Assembly (NCBI GenBank): GCA_051530055.1
Contig: CM121341.1
Coordinates: forward strand, 4,814,784 to 4,878,783
Direction of reading: 5' to 3'
Length of the DNA stretch: 64,000 nucleotides
Source: Neoechinorhynchus agilis
Taxonomy: Eukaryota > Animalia > Acanthocephala
Part shown: piece after piece, positions 1 to 11,327 of the stretch
Layout of the letters: each line of letters starts with the position of its first letter
How positions within the stretch are numbered: the stretch's first letter is position 1
Program-made: the position numbers and the translations under genes
Notes under the pieces: model-generated
Databases searched by the model: none
What the model saw: only the letters and a program-made list of their open reading frames with translations
What the model was told of the DNA's origin: nothing

Positions 1-497
1 AGTGCGAAGCAGATCACATACTGCGCAGCACTGAGAAACTGGGAATAACGGGAAATCGGTGACGAGGTAGGCCGAGAAAACGATGGTTAGATTGCATCAA
101 ACAGGATAAATCGGTTGTCGAGGGAACCGCAACCTCTCTCTCTCGAGAGAGAGAAAAATGCGTGAATGAGAAGAAGGAGAGGAGTGCTGTGATGATAAAG
201 AGAAAATGTTTATTTCCGAGAGCTTCCGCTGTCTTACGGCTTCTTGATGAATAGTTTAAAAGCGTGAAATACTATTTAATTTTAAAAATCGGTCAGGCTG
301 TTGTAATGATGAAGAGAAAATGTTTGTTTCCGAGAGCTTCCGCCGTCTTACTTCAGGAATTGTTCTAATGGGCAGCCGTGCGACGGAATTTTCTCTTTAT
401 TGCAACACCACTCCTCTGCCAAGTAATTTAATAATACGGCTTCAAACGTCAAAAATAGTATTTCACAAGACTCAATGTCGATAAGGCGACAACAAAA

Positions 498-935
498 TCA
501 GTTAGAACTCAGTTTATTCACTTTTGGTTCCCTTAACGATTCCAAGACGATTTTCGCTCTGGTTGCACTGACTGAATCGACCTTATGAACACTGTTCTTA
601 TTTTGCTTCGAATATTCGTCCAGGATTTTGTTACATGAGGCCAAAGTTTGCACTCTAGCATTGCCCTTCATATCGTTCATGTAAAAGATCATTATGGAAA
701 AGTATTTGTCGTTTAAAGCAGCGGGATCGAGCATGTTCTTTAATAGCCATGTTTGAATCCGTTTGCTAAAAAACCATCGGTCGCGATGACGGTGCCACCT
801 TTTTAGATACTTTGATGCTTGCTTTCTCTTCTGAGGATCAATTGTTTTGACGAACGTCTTAAACCCATTTGAAATGTCCTTTTTCTTTAAAATGGACTTT
901 TTTGGGATGGCCGATGAAGGTAATGGCGAGTGCAT
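498..935 (-). CDS. C7orf50: C7orf50-like / WKF (DUF2373) domain protein; additional 5' exons possible
   Basis: ORF contains YLKRWHRHRDRWFFSKRIQTWLLKNMLD...YMNDMKGNARVQTLASC, resembling the W(K)F.K..QTWLL...Y...LKG.AR signature. The ATG directly follows a tttctttag acceptor, and a gtaaga donor upstream suggests earlier exons. Confidence 0.7.
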   Translation of the reverse strand: MHSPLPSSAIPKKSILKKKDISNGFKTFVKTIDPQKRKQASKYLKRWHRHRDRWFFSKRIQTWLLKNMLDPAALNDKYFSIMIFYMNDMKGNARVQTLASCNKILDEYSKQNKNSVHKVDSVSATRAKIVLESLREPKVNKLSSN

Positions 936-1124
936 CTAAAGAAAGGGAGAAGATCAATCGCCCTTCGAAATATGACGGCCAAAACACTCGCGAATGTGGA
1001 AACTACTCTTACTGGTTCCTCTGGAATGGTCGGGAGTTCTTCTTACTAACATTCTTAAGTTCGGCTTCAATCGTTTTGTGGATGAAACGAAGGCACACAA
1101 CCGATCGATTTTGATTCTCGAACA

Positions 1125-1216
1125 GGCGATAATCATCAGTGAGTTTCCTTCTTTCCTTAACGGTCGCCGATTACTCACAAAGGGGATGAGGAGGAAACTC
1201 ACTGATGGTTATCGTC
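1125..1216. other. Long imperfect hairpin between divergent genes
   Basis: Perfect 16-bp inverted repeat catcagtgagtttcct (1134-1149) / aggaaactcactgatg (1192-1207), extended by cgataa/ttatcg and by G-T pairs. Confidence 0.8.
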
Positions 1217-1345
1217 TCCTCCCTGGGAGGTATCGAATGGCCCAAAGCACATCGCAAAAGAATATTCGCCATCTCGAACACCTTTCGTCCACGATTTATC
1301 GCAGTTCTCCAATTCGAGCGTTCCGCCCTATTCAGCTTTTGTTAG

Positions 1346-2075
1346 ATGTCATCAAAATTATCGGCAGTGCAAAGTGCTCGAGCGCGGTACCTCGGTATGA
1401 GTATAGAAGAAAAGCGGGTACTCTACAAGGTTCCACAGTTCGTAAAACTCGATCAGATCCCAAAATGGTCCTGTTCCAAGATTCCAATTCGAAAGATAGA
1501 CTCTATGTTTCACCACGACGCCCGATTAAACGATAGGATACGCCTTTTTAGTGGCGATATCACTCAAATTGAAATCGATGCGATTGTGAATGCTGCTAAC
1601 AGGAGTCTTTTAGGAGGCGGGGGTGTCGACGGTGCCATTCATCGAGCTGCTGGTTCGCATCTTATCGACGAATGTAGGACGCTTAATGGATGTAGAACTG
1701 GCGAAGCGAAAACGACCGCTGGATACGATTTACCAGCACGATTTGTGATTCATACGGTCGGTCCAGTAGGAGAAAAGCCTGATCTTCTTAAGAATGCGTA
1801 TCGGAACTCCTTGGTGTGTTGATTCCTCGGGTTGTTGAATCAACGCAGTGAATGAAGCGTTGAAAAATCGATGCCGTTCAATAGCCTTTCCTTGCATATC
1901 TACCGGCGTTTACCGATATCCGAACGAAGCTGCAGCTCACATCGCATTGAGAGAATTCAGAGAATTCCTTAATGAACACGTTGATGATATGGACGCAATC
2001 GTTGTATGCACTTTCTTAGACGTAGACCAAAGAATTTACGACCATCTTATGAACGTATATTTCCCACTTTCTTAA
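1346..2075 (+). CDS. MACROD: Macrodomain protein (MacroD1/2-like ADP-ribose glycohydrolase), two exons
   Basis: [54 protein letters not shown] and, after a short intron near 1814-1848, [15 protein letters not shown]. Confidence 0.92.
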
Positions 2076-2299
2076 AATGACGTTTGAAACATAACAGAAA
2101 ATCAAGCAAAATAAAACACCTTTAAGTGGACCGTTTTTTGTTCGTTTGCGTAAAAAATCATGCCTATGTCGTTTTTTACCAATAGTTTCTCTTCAAATCC
2201 ATCTCTTTTGCCGGTGAAAATTAGCACTAATTTAAAACAATCTCGAAAAATCGTCGTATTTCGGTTTTCATACTAATGACACATTTTATTGTTAAATGT

Positions 2300-2790
2300 A
2301 TGAACACTGACTGTTGATTTCGGTGTGGATGACGGGCTCGGTAGGGTGGGAAAGTTGACGGTTATTGTTTTCTGGGGAGTTTCTGAGGTTGGGTCTCTCC
2401 TCAGGTTCATTTCGGGTCTCGATATCCACGAAGATTGGGCAGCATGGAAAAAGGAGCGGAAGTACAGGGAGGTGCGAGTACTGACAGGATAAATGAATGT
2501 GGCTGTTGATTTTGGAGTGGATAACGGGTTCGGTAGGGTGGGAAAGTTGACGGTTATCGTTTTCTGGGGAGTTTCTGAGGTTGGTCTTTCCTCAGATTCG
2601 GGGGTGCGAGTACTGATAGGATAAATGAATGTGGCTGTAGATTTTGGAGTGGATTTCGGGTTCGGTCAAGCACAAGAAAGTTGGCGGTTATTGTTTGTTA
2701 ACGAGTTTGTGAGGTTGGTCTTTCCTCACGTTCATTTCAGTTGTCGGCATCCGAGAAAATTGGGCAGTATGAAAAAAGAAGCGGAGATAG
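2300..2790 (-). repeat. About 192-bp LINE-tail-derived repeat, 2-3 degenerate copies
   Basis: Same unit as 46085-46955 and 55575-56610 (gaatgtggctgttgattttggagtggataacggg...gggaaagttgacggttattgttt). It directly continues the RT relic at 2800-3660. Confidence 0.85.
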
Positions 2791-2799
2791 AGAGAGAAT

Positions 2800-3660
2800 G
2801 AAAGGAATTTGTTTTGCGTTGTGAAAATTGGAATAAAGTGGGATATAAATTGTGGTGGTGGGGTTGAGAGGCGTTTGATTATTTGTTGAAAATCTTAGAA
2901 CGATATTCGGTCAAAAATCAGTTGTGCAAATTTTTGATGCTCTTCTCCGTGAAACGTTTAAGGACGGCGGATTAGAGATTTGGATAGGTTGCAAAATACG
3001 GGATAACCGCGGGTGAAGGATGGTAAAACAAAGTTGAAGTAAAATTTGGAGAGATCGGGCGAAGGAAAGAGTGATGTGCGAGTCCCATTTAAAGTTTTAT
3101 TGAAATTGGAGACCCAGAATTCTTAGGGAGCTGACTCGTAAGATGTCACTTAGAAGCTCGGTTGCGGGAGAGAGGAATCATTTCGAAGCATTTAGAGAAA
3201 TTCAGGTAGAGTTTGTGATTGGTGCAGAAATCTTTTATGTGTGATTTTCTTTGATGTTAACGAGAGGGAGAAGTGGGCGAGTGCTGAGGGTGAGATTGTC
3301 AACATATAAGAAGAGTTTAGAGTTAGAAGTTTGATACAGTTTAAGAATGACAGGACGGCACCTTGAGGTGAGGAATGGGATGATCGAGGAGGTCAGCCAG
3401 CGTGGAAATCGTGGATATATGTTTTTGATGAAAATCTTTAAGTCCACAGTGAACCATCGAGTTATTACTCTAACAAAAGCTTTGATTAGGTGTTTTAAAA
3501 GAGAATCAAGAGCGAAAGCATGTCTTTCCGAATTTAAAAGTAGAATTAATTTTTAAAGGAGAAAATTTTCGAGTCGGTGCGATCGAGCATGTAATTCCTT
3601 CAAAGTGACGTCATAATAGTCTGATGGAGCACTCAGTACGCACGTCCTCGGACGTTCTAC
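2800..3660 (-). mobile_element. Decayed non-LTR (CR1/L2/Jockey-like) reverse transcriptase fragment
   Basis: Degenerate RT motifs in order: RLENFLL..LNSERHAF, IKAFVRV (KAFD.V), PRWLTSSIIPFLT, KLFLYVDNLTL (YADD), LKWDSHI. Stops and frameshifts present. Confidence 0.7.
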
Positions 3661-3719
3661 CAAATAAACTTCTTTTTTTTATTTTATTCTGATCCTTTTT
3701 GAATCTGAAATATAATTCT

Positions 3720-3820
3720 CGCTGAAAACTGCAAGTTTTAAAAAGCTCAGCGACCATCGGCTTAGTGGGCGCAAGTTCAACAACGGTGGCATCACCGATC
3801 TTGATGATCTTAGGGGTTTT
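3720..3820 (-). pseudogene. EEF1A: eEF1A domain III fragment
   Basis: PKIIKIGDATVVELAPTKPMVAELF resembles eEF1A [25 protein letters not shown]. No other part of the gene is nearby. Confidence 0.7.
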
Positions 3821-3884
3821 GCATGTCCTCATTGTCCCAAAATTCTTAAATTTCGTAATCTACAGACTCATAATCAAATGTCCT

Positions 3885-5450
3885 GACTGAGGGTTCAATT
3901 TTCGATCAAATCAACAACTAAAAAAGATTAGAGTTGCGATTTCGAGTTGAGCCTTAAAAACCCCAAATCTTGCTCTTGAGAATCGATGGAAAATCATTGA
4001 GATCAACGCAAAGAATCAAATTTCTTGTGGCCATGAATATCGATCAAATGAACAACTATAAAAAGATTAGAGTTGATGGGAGGGTTCAATTTTCGATCAA
4101 ATCAACAACTAAAAAAGATTAGAGTTGCGATTTCGAGTTAAGCCTTAAAATTCCAAATTTTGCTCTTGAGAATCGATGGAAAATCATTGAGATCAACGCA
4201 AAGAATCAAATTTCTTGTGGCCATGAATATCGATCAAATGAGCAACTAAAAAAGATTAGAGTTAATGGGAGGGTTCAATTTTCGATCAAATGAGCAATTA
4301 AAAAAGATTAGAGTTGCGATTTCGAGTTAAGCCTTAAAAATCCCAAATTTTGCTCTTGAGAATCGATGGAAAATCATTGAGATCAACGCAATGAATCAAA
4401 TTTCTTGTGGCCATGAATATCGATCAAATGAGCAACTTAAAAAAGATTAGAGTTGATGGGAGGGTTCAATTTTCGATCAAATGAGCAATAAAAAGATTAG
4501 AGTTGCATTTTACAACTAAAAAAGATTAGAGTTATGGGAGGGTTCAATTTTCGATCAAATGAGCAATTAAAAAAGATTAGAGTTGCGATTTCGAGTTAAG
4601 CCTTAAAAATCCCAAATTTTGCTCTTGAGAATCGATGGAAAATCATTGAGATCAACGCAATGAATCAAATTTCTTGTGGCCATGAATATCGATCAAATGA
4701 GCAACTAAAAAAGATTAGAGTTGATGGGAGGGTTCAATTTTCGATCAAATGAGCAATTAAAAAAGATTAGAGTTGCGCCAAATTTTGCTCTTGAGAATCG
4801 ATGGAAAATCATTGAGATCAACGCAATGAATCAAATTTCTTGTGGCCATGAATATCGATCAAATGAGCAATAAAAAGATTAGAGTTATGGGAGGGTTAAT
4901 TTTCGATCAAATGAGCAATAAAAAGATTAGAGTTGCAGCCTTAAAATCCCAAATTTTGCTCTTGAGAATCGATGGAAAATCATTGAGATCAACGCAATGA
5001 ATCAAATTTCTTGTGGCCATGAATATCGATCAAATGAGCAACTAAAAAAGATTAGAGTTGATGGGAGGGTTCAATTTTCGATCAAATGAGCAATTAAAAA
5101 AGATTAGAGTTGCGATTTCGAGTTAAGCCTTAAAAATCCCAAATTTTGCTCTTGAGAATCGATGGAAAATCATTGAGATCAACGCAATGAATCAAATTTC
5201 TTGTGGCCATGAATATCGATCAAATGAGCAATTTAAAAAAGATTAGAGTTGATGGGAGGGTTCAATTTTCGATCAAATGAGCAACTATGAAAAGATTAGA
5301 GTTGCCCCCAAATTTTGCTCTTGAGAATCGATGGAAAATCATTGAGATCAACGCAATGAATCAAATTTCTTGTGGCCATGAATATCGATCAAATGAGCAA
5401 TTTAAAAAAGATTAGAGTAGCCCATTTCGAGTTGAGCCTTAAAATCGCGA
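3885..5450. repeat. Tandem satellite, about 190-bp unit, about 8 copies, with an internal about 35-bp subrepeat
   Basis: gagggttcaattttcgatc recurs at 3889, 4080, 4269 and 4460. tcgatcaaatgagcaa..aaaagattagagttg occurs twice per unit. Confidence 0.95.
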
Positions 5451-5608
5451 ATCTTGAGAATGGATATGGAAAATCCTGATCACGTACCGAAGTATTTTTT
5501 AGTAGGTCTCAGACATGGCTGACCATTACTAAGTATTACCCAGCAATGAACCAATCACATCGATGACTCTCTCTCACACACACGTTCATCGCTATCCCTA
5601 ATCTCTGT

Positions 5609-5950
5609 CTATTCTTCGTACTTTGCCTTATTGGAAAGGAGATAAGTGGCCAAGTACTCAATGGGTCTTTGTGGTCGCTCGCGGGCGACTTGACTCAAAG
5701 CTTGAAGCAGAATAGGGACGACGGTCCTGTCCAAATAAGCACGAGTCGGTAAAGCTTGGATATCGGGAGTTGCCTTCTTCTTTTCAGCGCCCGATCCGTC
5801 CGCATTGTTAGCAGCAGCCGCCGCCGCAGCAGCAGCAGGACCACTGTTATCCACCTCCATTTGCTCTGATTCAGTGAAAGGAGCCGCCGGAGTGGTAGCA
5901 TCAGCGTTTGCAACACCCATAGACTGCTCTGATTTGATAGACTCTGCCAT
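5609..5950 (-). CDS. DPY30: Dpy-30 (COMPASS subunit), intronless
   Basis: C-terminal [40 protein letters not shown] is the Dpy-30 motif. Confidence 0.95.
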   Translation of the reverse strand: MAESIKSEQSMGVANADATTPAAPFTESEQMEVDNSGPAAAAAAAAANNADGSGAEKKKATPDIQALPTRAYLDRTVVPILLQALSQVARERPQRPIEYLATYLLSNKAKYEE

Positions 5951-7099
5951 TTGTGGCTGGTTTTCTGCACGAAAATAGAATTGAGCAAAATCAAAAGGAA
6001 TATTGCGGAGGCGAACCTTCTGACATTATCGCAGCGAAAGATATATTTGTATCTGAAAAGACCGTGATGCGAACGCGCGCGTGTACGATGGGGGGCGTTG
6101 AGGCCGCGAACGCACGTAAAGCAGAAAGAATCGAAATTTCACATACGCAAAAGTGACGTGGTGCCCAAAAGCAACGTGTTTTTGGAACACACACACATTC
6201 TGTGAATTCTTCCGTGTTCGTTAACACAGTGACGTATCAAAACTTGAAAGGTTTTAGTTGTGATAAACGCACAGGTTTTGAAATCTAGGATTTTTCGATT
6301 TGTTCGCCATAAAACCCACTTTTTTTCAGCAAAAAAATTCTTGTTGTTTTATGACGAAGAATTTTTAAGGCGATCCACAGCGCGGCGATCCAACGCGGCC
6401 ATCAAGGACGCTGCCGAACAAACATCACATTTGAAGATTTGTATTCTCTTAAATTTTAAACTTTGAAAAAACATACAAGCAATTTTTCTCAAAAACACGT
6501 ACACAACATTGTGCCGAAATATTGGACTGTAAAATAAAATCAATTGCTTCGCGCCACAAAAACAACCAAAACATAAACTATTCAATGTAAAACACAAAAA
6601 CTAATCTGTTTGGACATTTAAATTTTTTTGAGGAAAGACCCCCGTCTCTCCTTGGGGTGTTCATGAGAATCAACAAAAAAAGGGTCATTAACTCAAAATT
6701 CAACAATTTAGGTGAAAACAGTTGACAATGGGAGTTTAGTGTATCAAAAAAAAGGTTTGGGCGTGTATGCATAGGGGTAAAGCAGCGAACGTAGAATTCT
6801 TCCGTATTGAAACAAAAGTTAAAAATTACGTCATATTTTATGGGGAAACGAGACAAAAATTGGGAGTTTTCGATTTATCTTCAGCGTAAGTGACTCGAGA
6901 AAAATGGACATAATAATGCCCAGGACGTGGAGCTTTAATATGAGTTTACATTCAAAGTGATGAGCACAACCTTCAAAAACAGCGAGAAAATTCGATATTT
7001 TTTAAAAAGCCGAAATTAAACACGCCCAAGATCTTTACGAAAACCTTTTGAAAAAAGAGGATACACAAAAGAGCTTCGATTCTTCCGCGTTTGCGTTGG

Positions 7100-8050
7100 A
7101 GAACAATACAATCCGTTTTTTCATAAATGCTCATATTTTTATTTTATAAATGCTCATTTCGGTGGATCACAAATAAAAGCTCTCATCGGGTTTCTTCAAA
7201 TATGAAATGTTGGCTTAATTTTCTTTAATAAAGAAGCCGTCACTCGAAATGAACGCAGATTCTTCCGCATATAAAGCGACGTCATGTATTTCCATTTTAT
7301 AAATGCTCATTTCGGTGGATCACAAATAAGAGCTCTCATCGGGTTTCTTCAAATATGAAATGTTGGCTTAATTTTCTTTAATAAAGAAGCCGTCACTCGA
7401 AATGAACGCAGATTCTTCCGCATATAAAGCGACGTCATGTATTTCCATTTTATAAATGCTCATTTCGGTGGATCACAAATAAGAGCTCTCATCAGGTTTC
7501 TTCAAATATGAAATGTTGGCTTAATTTTCTTTAATAAAGAAGCCGTCACTCGAAATGAACGCAGATTCTTCCGCATATAAAGCGACGTCATGTATTTCCA
7601 TTTTATAAATGCTCATTTCGGTGGATCACAAATAAAGCTCTCATCAGGTTTCTTCAAATATGAAATGTTGGCTTAATTTTCTTTAATAAAGAAGCCGTCA
7701 CTCGAAATGAACGCAGATTCTTCCGCATATAAAGCGACGTCATGTATTTCCATTTTATAAATGCTCATTTCGGTGGATCACAAATAAGAGCTCTCATCAG
7801 GTTTCTTCAAATATGAAATGTTGGCTTAATTTTCTTTAATAAAGAAGCCGTCACTCGAAATGAACGCAGATTCTTCCGCATATAAAGCGACGTCATGTAT
7901 TTCCATTTTATAAATGCTCATTTCGGTGGATCACAAATAAGAGCTTTCATCAGGATTCTTCAAATATGAAATGTTGGCTTAATTTTTTTTCTTTAATTAA
8001 AAGACGCCACTCGAAAAGAACGCAGATTGTTCTACGTTTTGGGTGACGTC
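7100..8050. repeat. Tandem satellite, 153-bp unit, about 6 copies
   Basis: ataaatgctcatttcgg at 7146, 7299, 7452, 7605, 7757 and 7910. Confidence 0.95.
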
Positions 8051-8124
8051 AGAAATTTTGTCAAATACATGCTCATTTTTGTAAGATTATAAATGCAATG
8101 TTGGCTTGTTCGTCTTTTTGGACA

Positions 8125-9450
8125 AATCCGCAAGGAAAAGGTGTCCGTTCGGCTGGGACTGCTCGGTCGGAAAGATGTCCGTTCGGGTTGGAGTGTTCGA
8201 TCGAAAAGATGTCCGTTCAGCTGAACAAATCCGGTCGGAAGGAGGTCCGTTCAGCTGAACAAATCCGGTAGGAAAATGTCCGTTCGGGTTGGAGTATTCG
8301 GTCGGAAAGATGTCCGTTCAGCTGAAGAAATCCGGTCGGAAGGATGTCCGTTCAGCTGAACAAATCCGGTAGGAAAATTTCCGTTCGGGTTGGTGTGTTC
8401 GGTCGAAAAGATGTCCGTTCAGCTGAAGAAATCCGGTCGCAAGGATGTCCGTTCAGCTGAACAAATCCGGTAGGAGAGATGTCCGTTCGGGTTGGTGTGT
8501 TCGGTCGCAAGGATGTCCGTTCAGCTGAACAAATCCGGTAGGAAAGATGTCCGTTCAGCTGAACAAATCTGGTAGGAAAGATGTCCGTTCGAGTGGACAA
8601 ATCCGGATGGAAGAGATGTCCGTTCGGGTTGGTGTGTTCGGTCGGAAGGATGTCCATTCAGCTGAACAAATCTGGTCGAAAAGATGTCCGTTCAGCTGAA
8701 CAAATCCGGACAGAAAAGATGTCCGTTCGAGTGGATAAATCCGGTAGGAAAGATGTCCGTTCGGGTTGGTGTGTTCGGTCGAAAAGATGTCCGTTCAGCT
8801 GAAGAAATCCGGTCGGAAGGAGGTCCGTTCAGCTGAACAAATCTGGTAGGAAAGATGTCCGTTCAGCTGAACAAATCGGATAGGAAAGATGTCCGTTCGG
8901 GTTGATGTGTTCGGTCGGAAGGATGTCCGTTCAGCTGAACAAATCTGGTCGAAAAAATGTCCGTTCAGCTGAACAAATCCGGACAGAAAAGATGTCCGTT
9001 CAGCTGAAGAAATCCGGTCGGAAGGATGTCCGTTCAGCTGAACAAATCCGGTAGGAAAATGTCCGTTCGGGTTGGAGTATTCGGTCGGAAAGGTGTCCGT
9101 TCGGTTGGACATATCCGGTAGGAAGGAGGTCCGTTCAGCTGAAGAAATCTGGTAGGAAAGATGTCCGTTCGAGTGGACAAATCCGGACGGAAGAGATGTC
9201 CGTTCGAGTGGATAAATCCGGTCGGAAAAGATGTCCGTTCGGGTGGACATATCCGGTCGGAAAGATGTCCGTTCGGGTGGACAAATCCGGTCGGAAAAGA
9301 TGTCCGTTCGGGTGGACATATCCGGTCGGAAGGATGTGCGTTCGGTCGGGATTGTTCGGTCGAAAAGATGTCCGTTCGAGTGGATAAATCCGGTCGGAAA
9401 AGATGTCCGTTCGAGTGGATAAATCCGGTCGGAAAAGAAGTCCGTTTTGT
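8125..9450. repeat. Minisatellite, about 33-34-bp unit with a constant flank and a few alternative 13-nt cores
   Basis: Pattern gatgtccgttc-[agctgaacaaatc | gggttggtgtgtt | gagtggataaatc | gggtggacatatc]-cggtcggaaa, about 39 copies. Confidence 0.95.
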
Positions 9451-10847
9451 TAGGAATATGTCCGGTTGGGCTCGAGCGTTTGATCGGTGCATCTCCATCC
9501 ATAAGAAACACTAACTGAATACAAATCGTCTTTGCCATTAGTCAAATCAACATCTGAGACACACTGTCGTTAGCGTCGATTTTAGTGGTGGTGTCACTAA
9601 ATGGCTTTCGCTGGTGTCTATTCCACAATGTACTCTGCAAGTCTCCCCTTCTTTTTAGACGCCGTCGTCTATAAAACATATTTGCTATTGCTACTTTCAG
9701 CATTGCTTTTGGACCGGACATCAGTCTCACACACACTTATGGTGCGCACTTACATTACAATTACATGAATCCCATCGAGGTTTGTTTTGCTCTTATTTAT
9801 TTCCCTCACAGATTGTTCGGTGGTGTCGGATTAGTCATCGGGGAAAGCGTAGTTTTTTTAATTAATCTGGCTTACAATTGACAGAAATCGAATTTTTAAT
9901 GCTTCCCCATCTCAACGGTAGACTCAAGGGAGTAATTATTCGAAAATAGTTGAACCTTGGATACAATCTCTCACTTATTCGTAAATAATGAACGAGGATG
10001 TGGGACACATTGATCAATGAGAATTCGGGCAAAAAAGGTCTAGATATTGTCGACCAATTTTCAGAGATTTTGTTAATCTGATTGCGACCATTAAAAACAA
10101 ATTATTCATCCGAAATGCCATTGTTGTGTCACGAAAAGCGCCGTGATACCGAAAATAGTAGTCGTTTGGTCTATTTGCCAACGAACTCTACGATATTTCA
10201 CGCTTGAAAATGCTTTGACTTCTTTTGATCTGGAAATTATGACATTTCGGTCTATCGCCTCCACGTCTCGCCTATTAAAACCTTTTCAAAGTGAACAATA
10301 CCAATAATCATATCAAGAACATCTTTCAGGATGGTAAATATTGAATGGTTGTTGTTAACAGATTCTTTTTATTGTTATGAAATATTCCACGAAAGCTTAC
10401 TTTCATCTGCTTACAATCTTTCAAAATATTTCATAATAATAAAAAGAATCCTTAACCGGGGAGGGGAATATATGCTCACGATCACCATCCAATATTGATA
10501 ATGCTTCTTTTTAGAAAAATATTTCAATTAAAGATTGATCCCACCTCGTTCCTGTCTATCATTAATGTCTGAATCAGCGGATTAGTCTCTATCCGACCGC
10601 ATCTGTTGTATCCCAAATGTTGATCAAAATGTCAATTATATAATGGCGATCGCTGGTGCACAAAGTGAAGATGTCTGGATCGATTAAGGGCAGATACGGA
10701 TCAATTATTACAATTTTGTTGATGCCTAGTAATTTCATCGGCGACATTTGAACTATCGAAACTTTGCCAAAACGTCTGAGTTTCATACTTTTGTCCGTGA
10801 ACCGAATACCAAAACATTTTTTAGCATAAATATTGAAAATTCAAAAA

Positions 10848-11327
10848 AATCGTAATCATCGACAGAGAGAAAATCCTTCGGGATAATCGAGTTAGATTTT
10901 GGTGGCGAAGATACGCCTGGGAATGACAAATTTATTTGAAATATTTCATGAGGTAACCTCGATTCATCAAAATCGCTTTTAGGTTTTCTAATATGTAAAC
11001 TCATGTGAATGTCAGGACCGGGAGTATGTTGACCAAAATTGTAAAAATATATAATCGTAATCATCGACGAAGAGAAAATCCTTCGGGATAATCGAGTTAG
11101 ATTTTGGTGGCGAAGATACGCCTGGGAATGACAAATTTATTTGAAATATTTCATGAGGTAACCTCGATTCATCAAAATCGCTTTTAGGTTTTCTAATATG
11201 TAAACTCATGTGAATGTCAGGACCGGGAGTATGTTGACCAAAATTGTAAAAATATATAATTGTAATCATCGACGAAGAGAAAATCCTTCGGGATAATCGA
11301 GTTAGATTTTGGTGGTGAAGATACGCC
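10848..11327. repeat. Local tandem duplication, 205-bp unit, about 2.3 copies
   Basis: atcatcgac..agagaaaatccttcgggataatcgag, with the gac at 10861, 11066 and 11271. Confidence 0.9.

Noticed and set aside
994-1536. 180-aa plus-strand ORF
   Set aside because: Overlaps the macrodomain CDS in another frame and has no recognisable motif; likely a shadow ORF.
8125-9450. CRISPR-like repeat/spacer appearance
   Set aside because: The variable parts are only 13 nt and drawn from about four recurring types, there are no cas genes, and the context is eukaryotic.
8352-9538. Long repetitive ORFs on both strands
   Set aside because: By-products of a stop-poor minisatellite, with frames shifting at unit indels.
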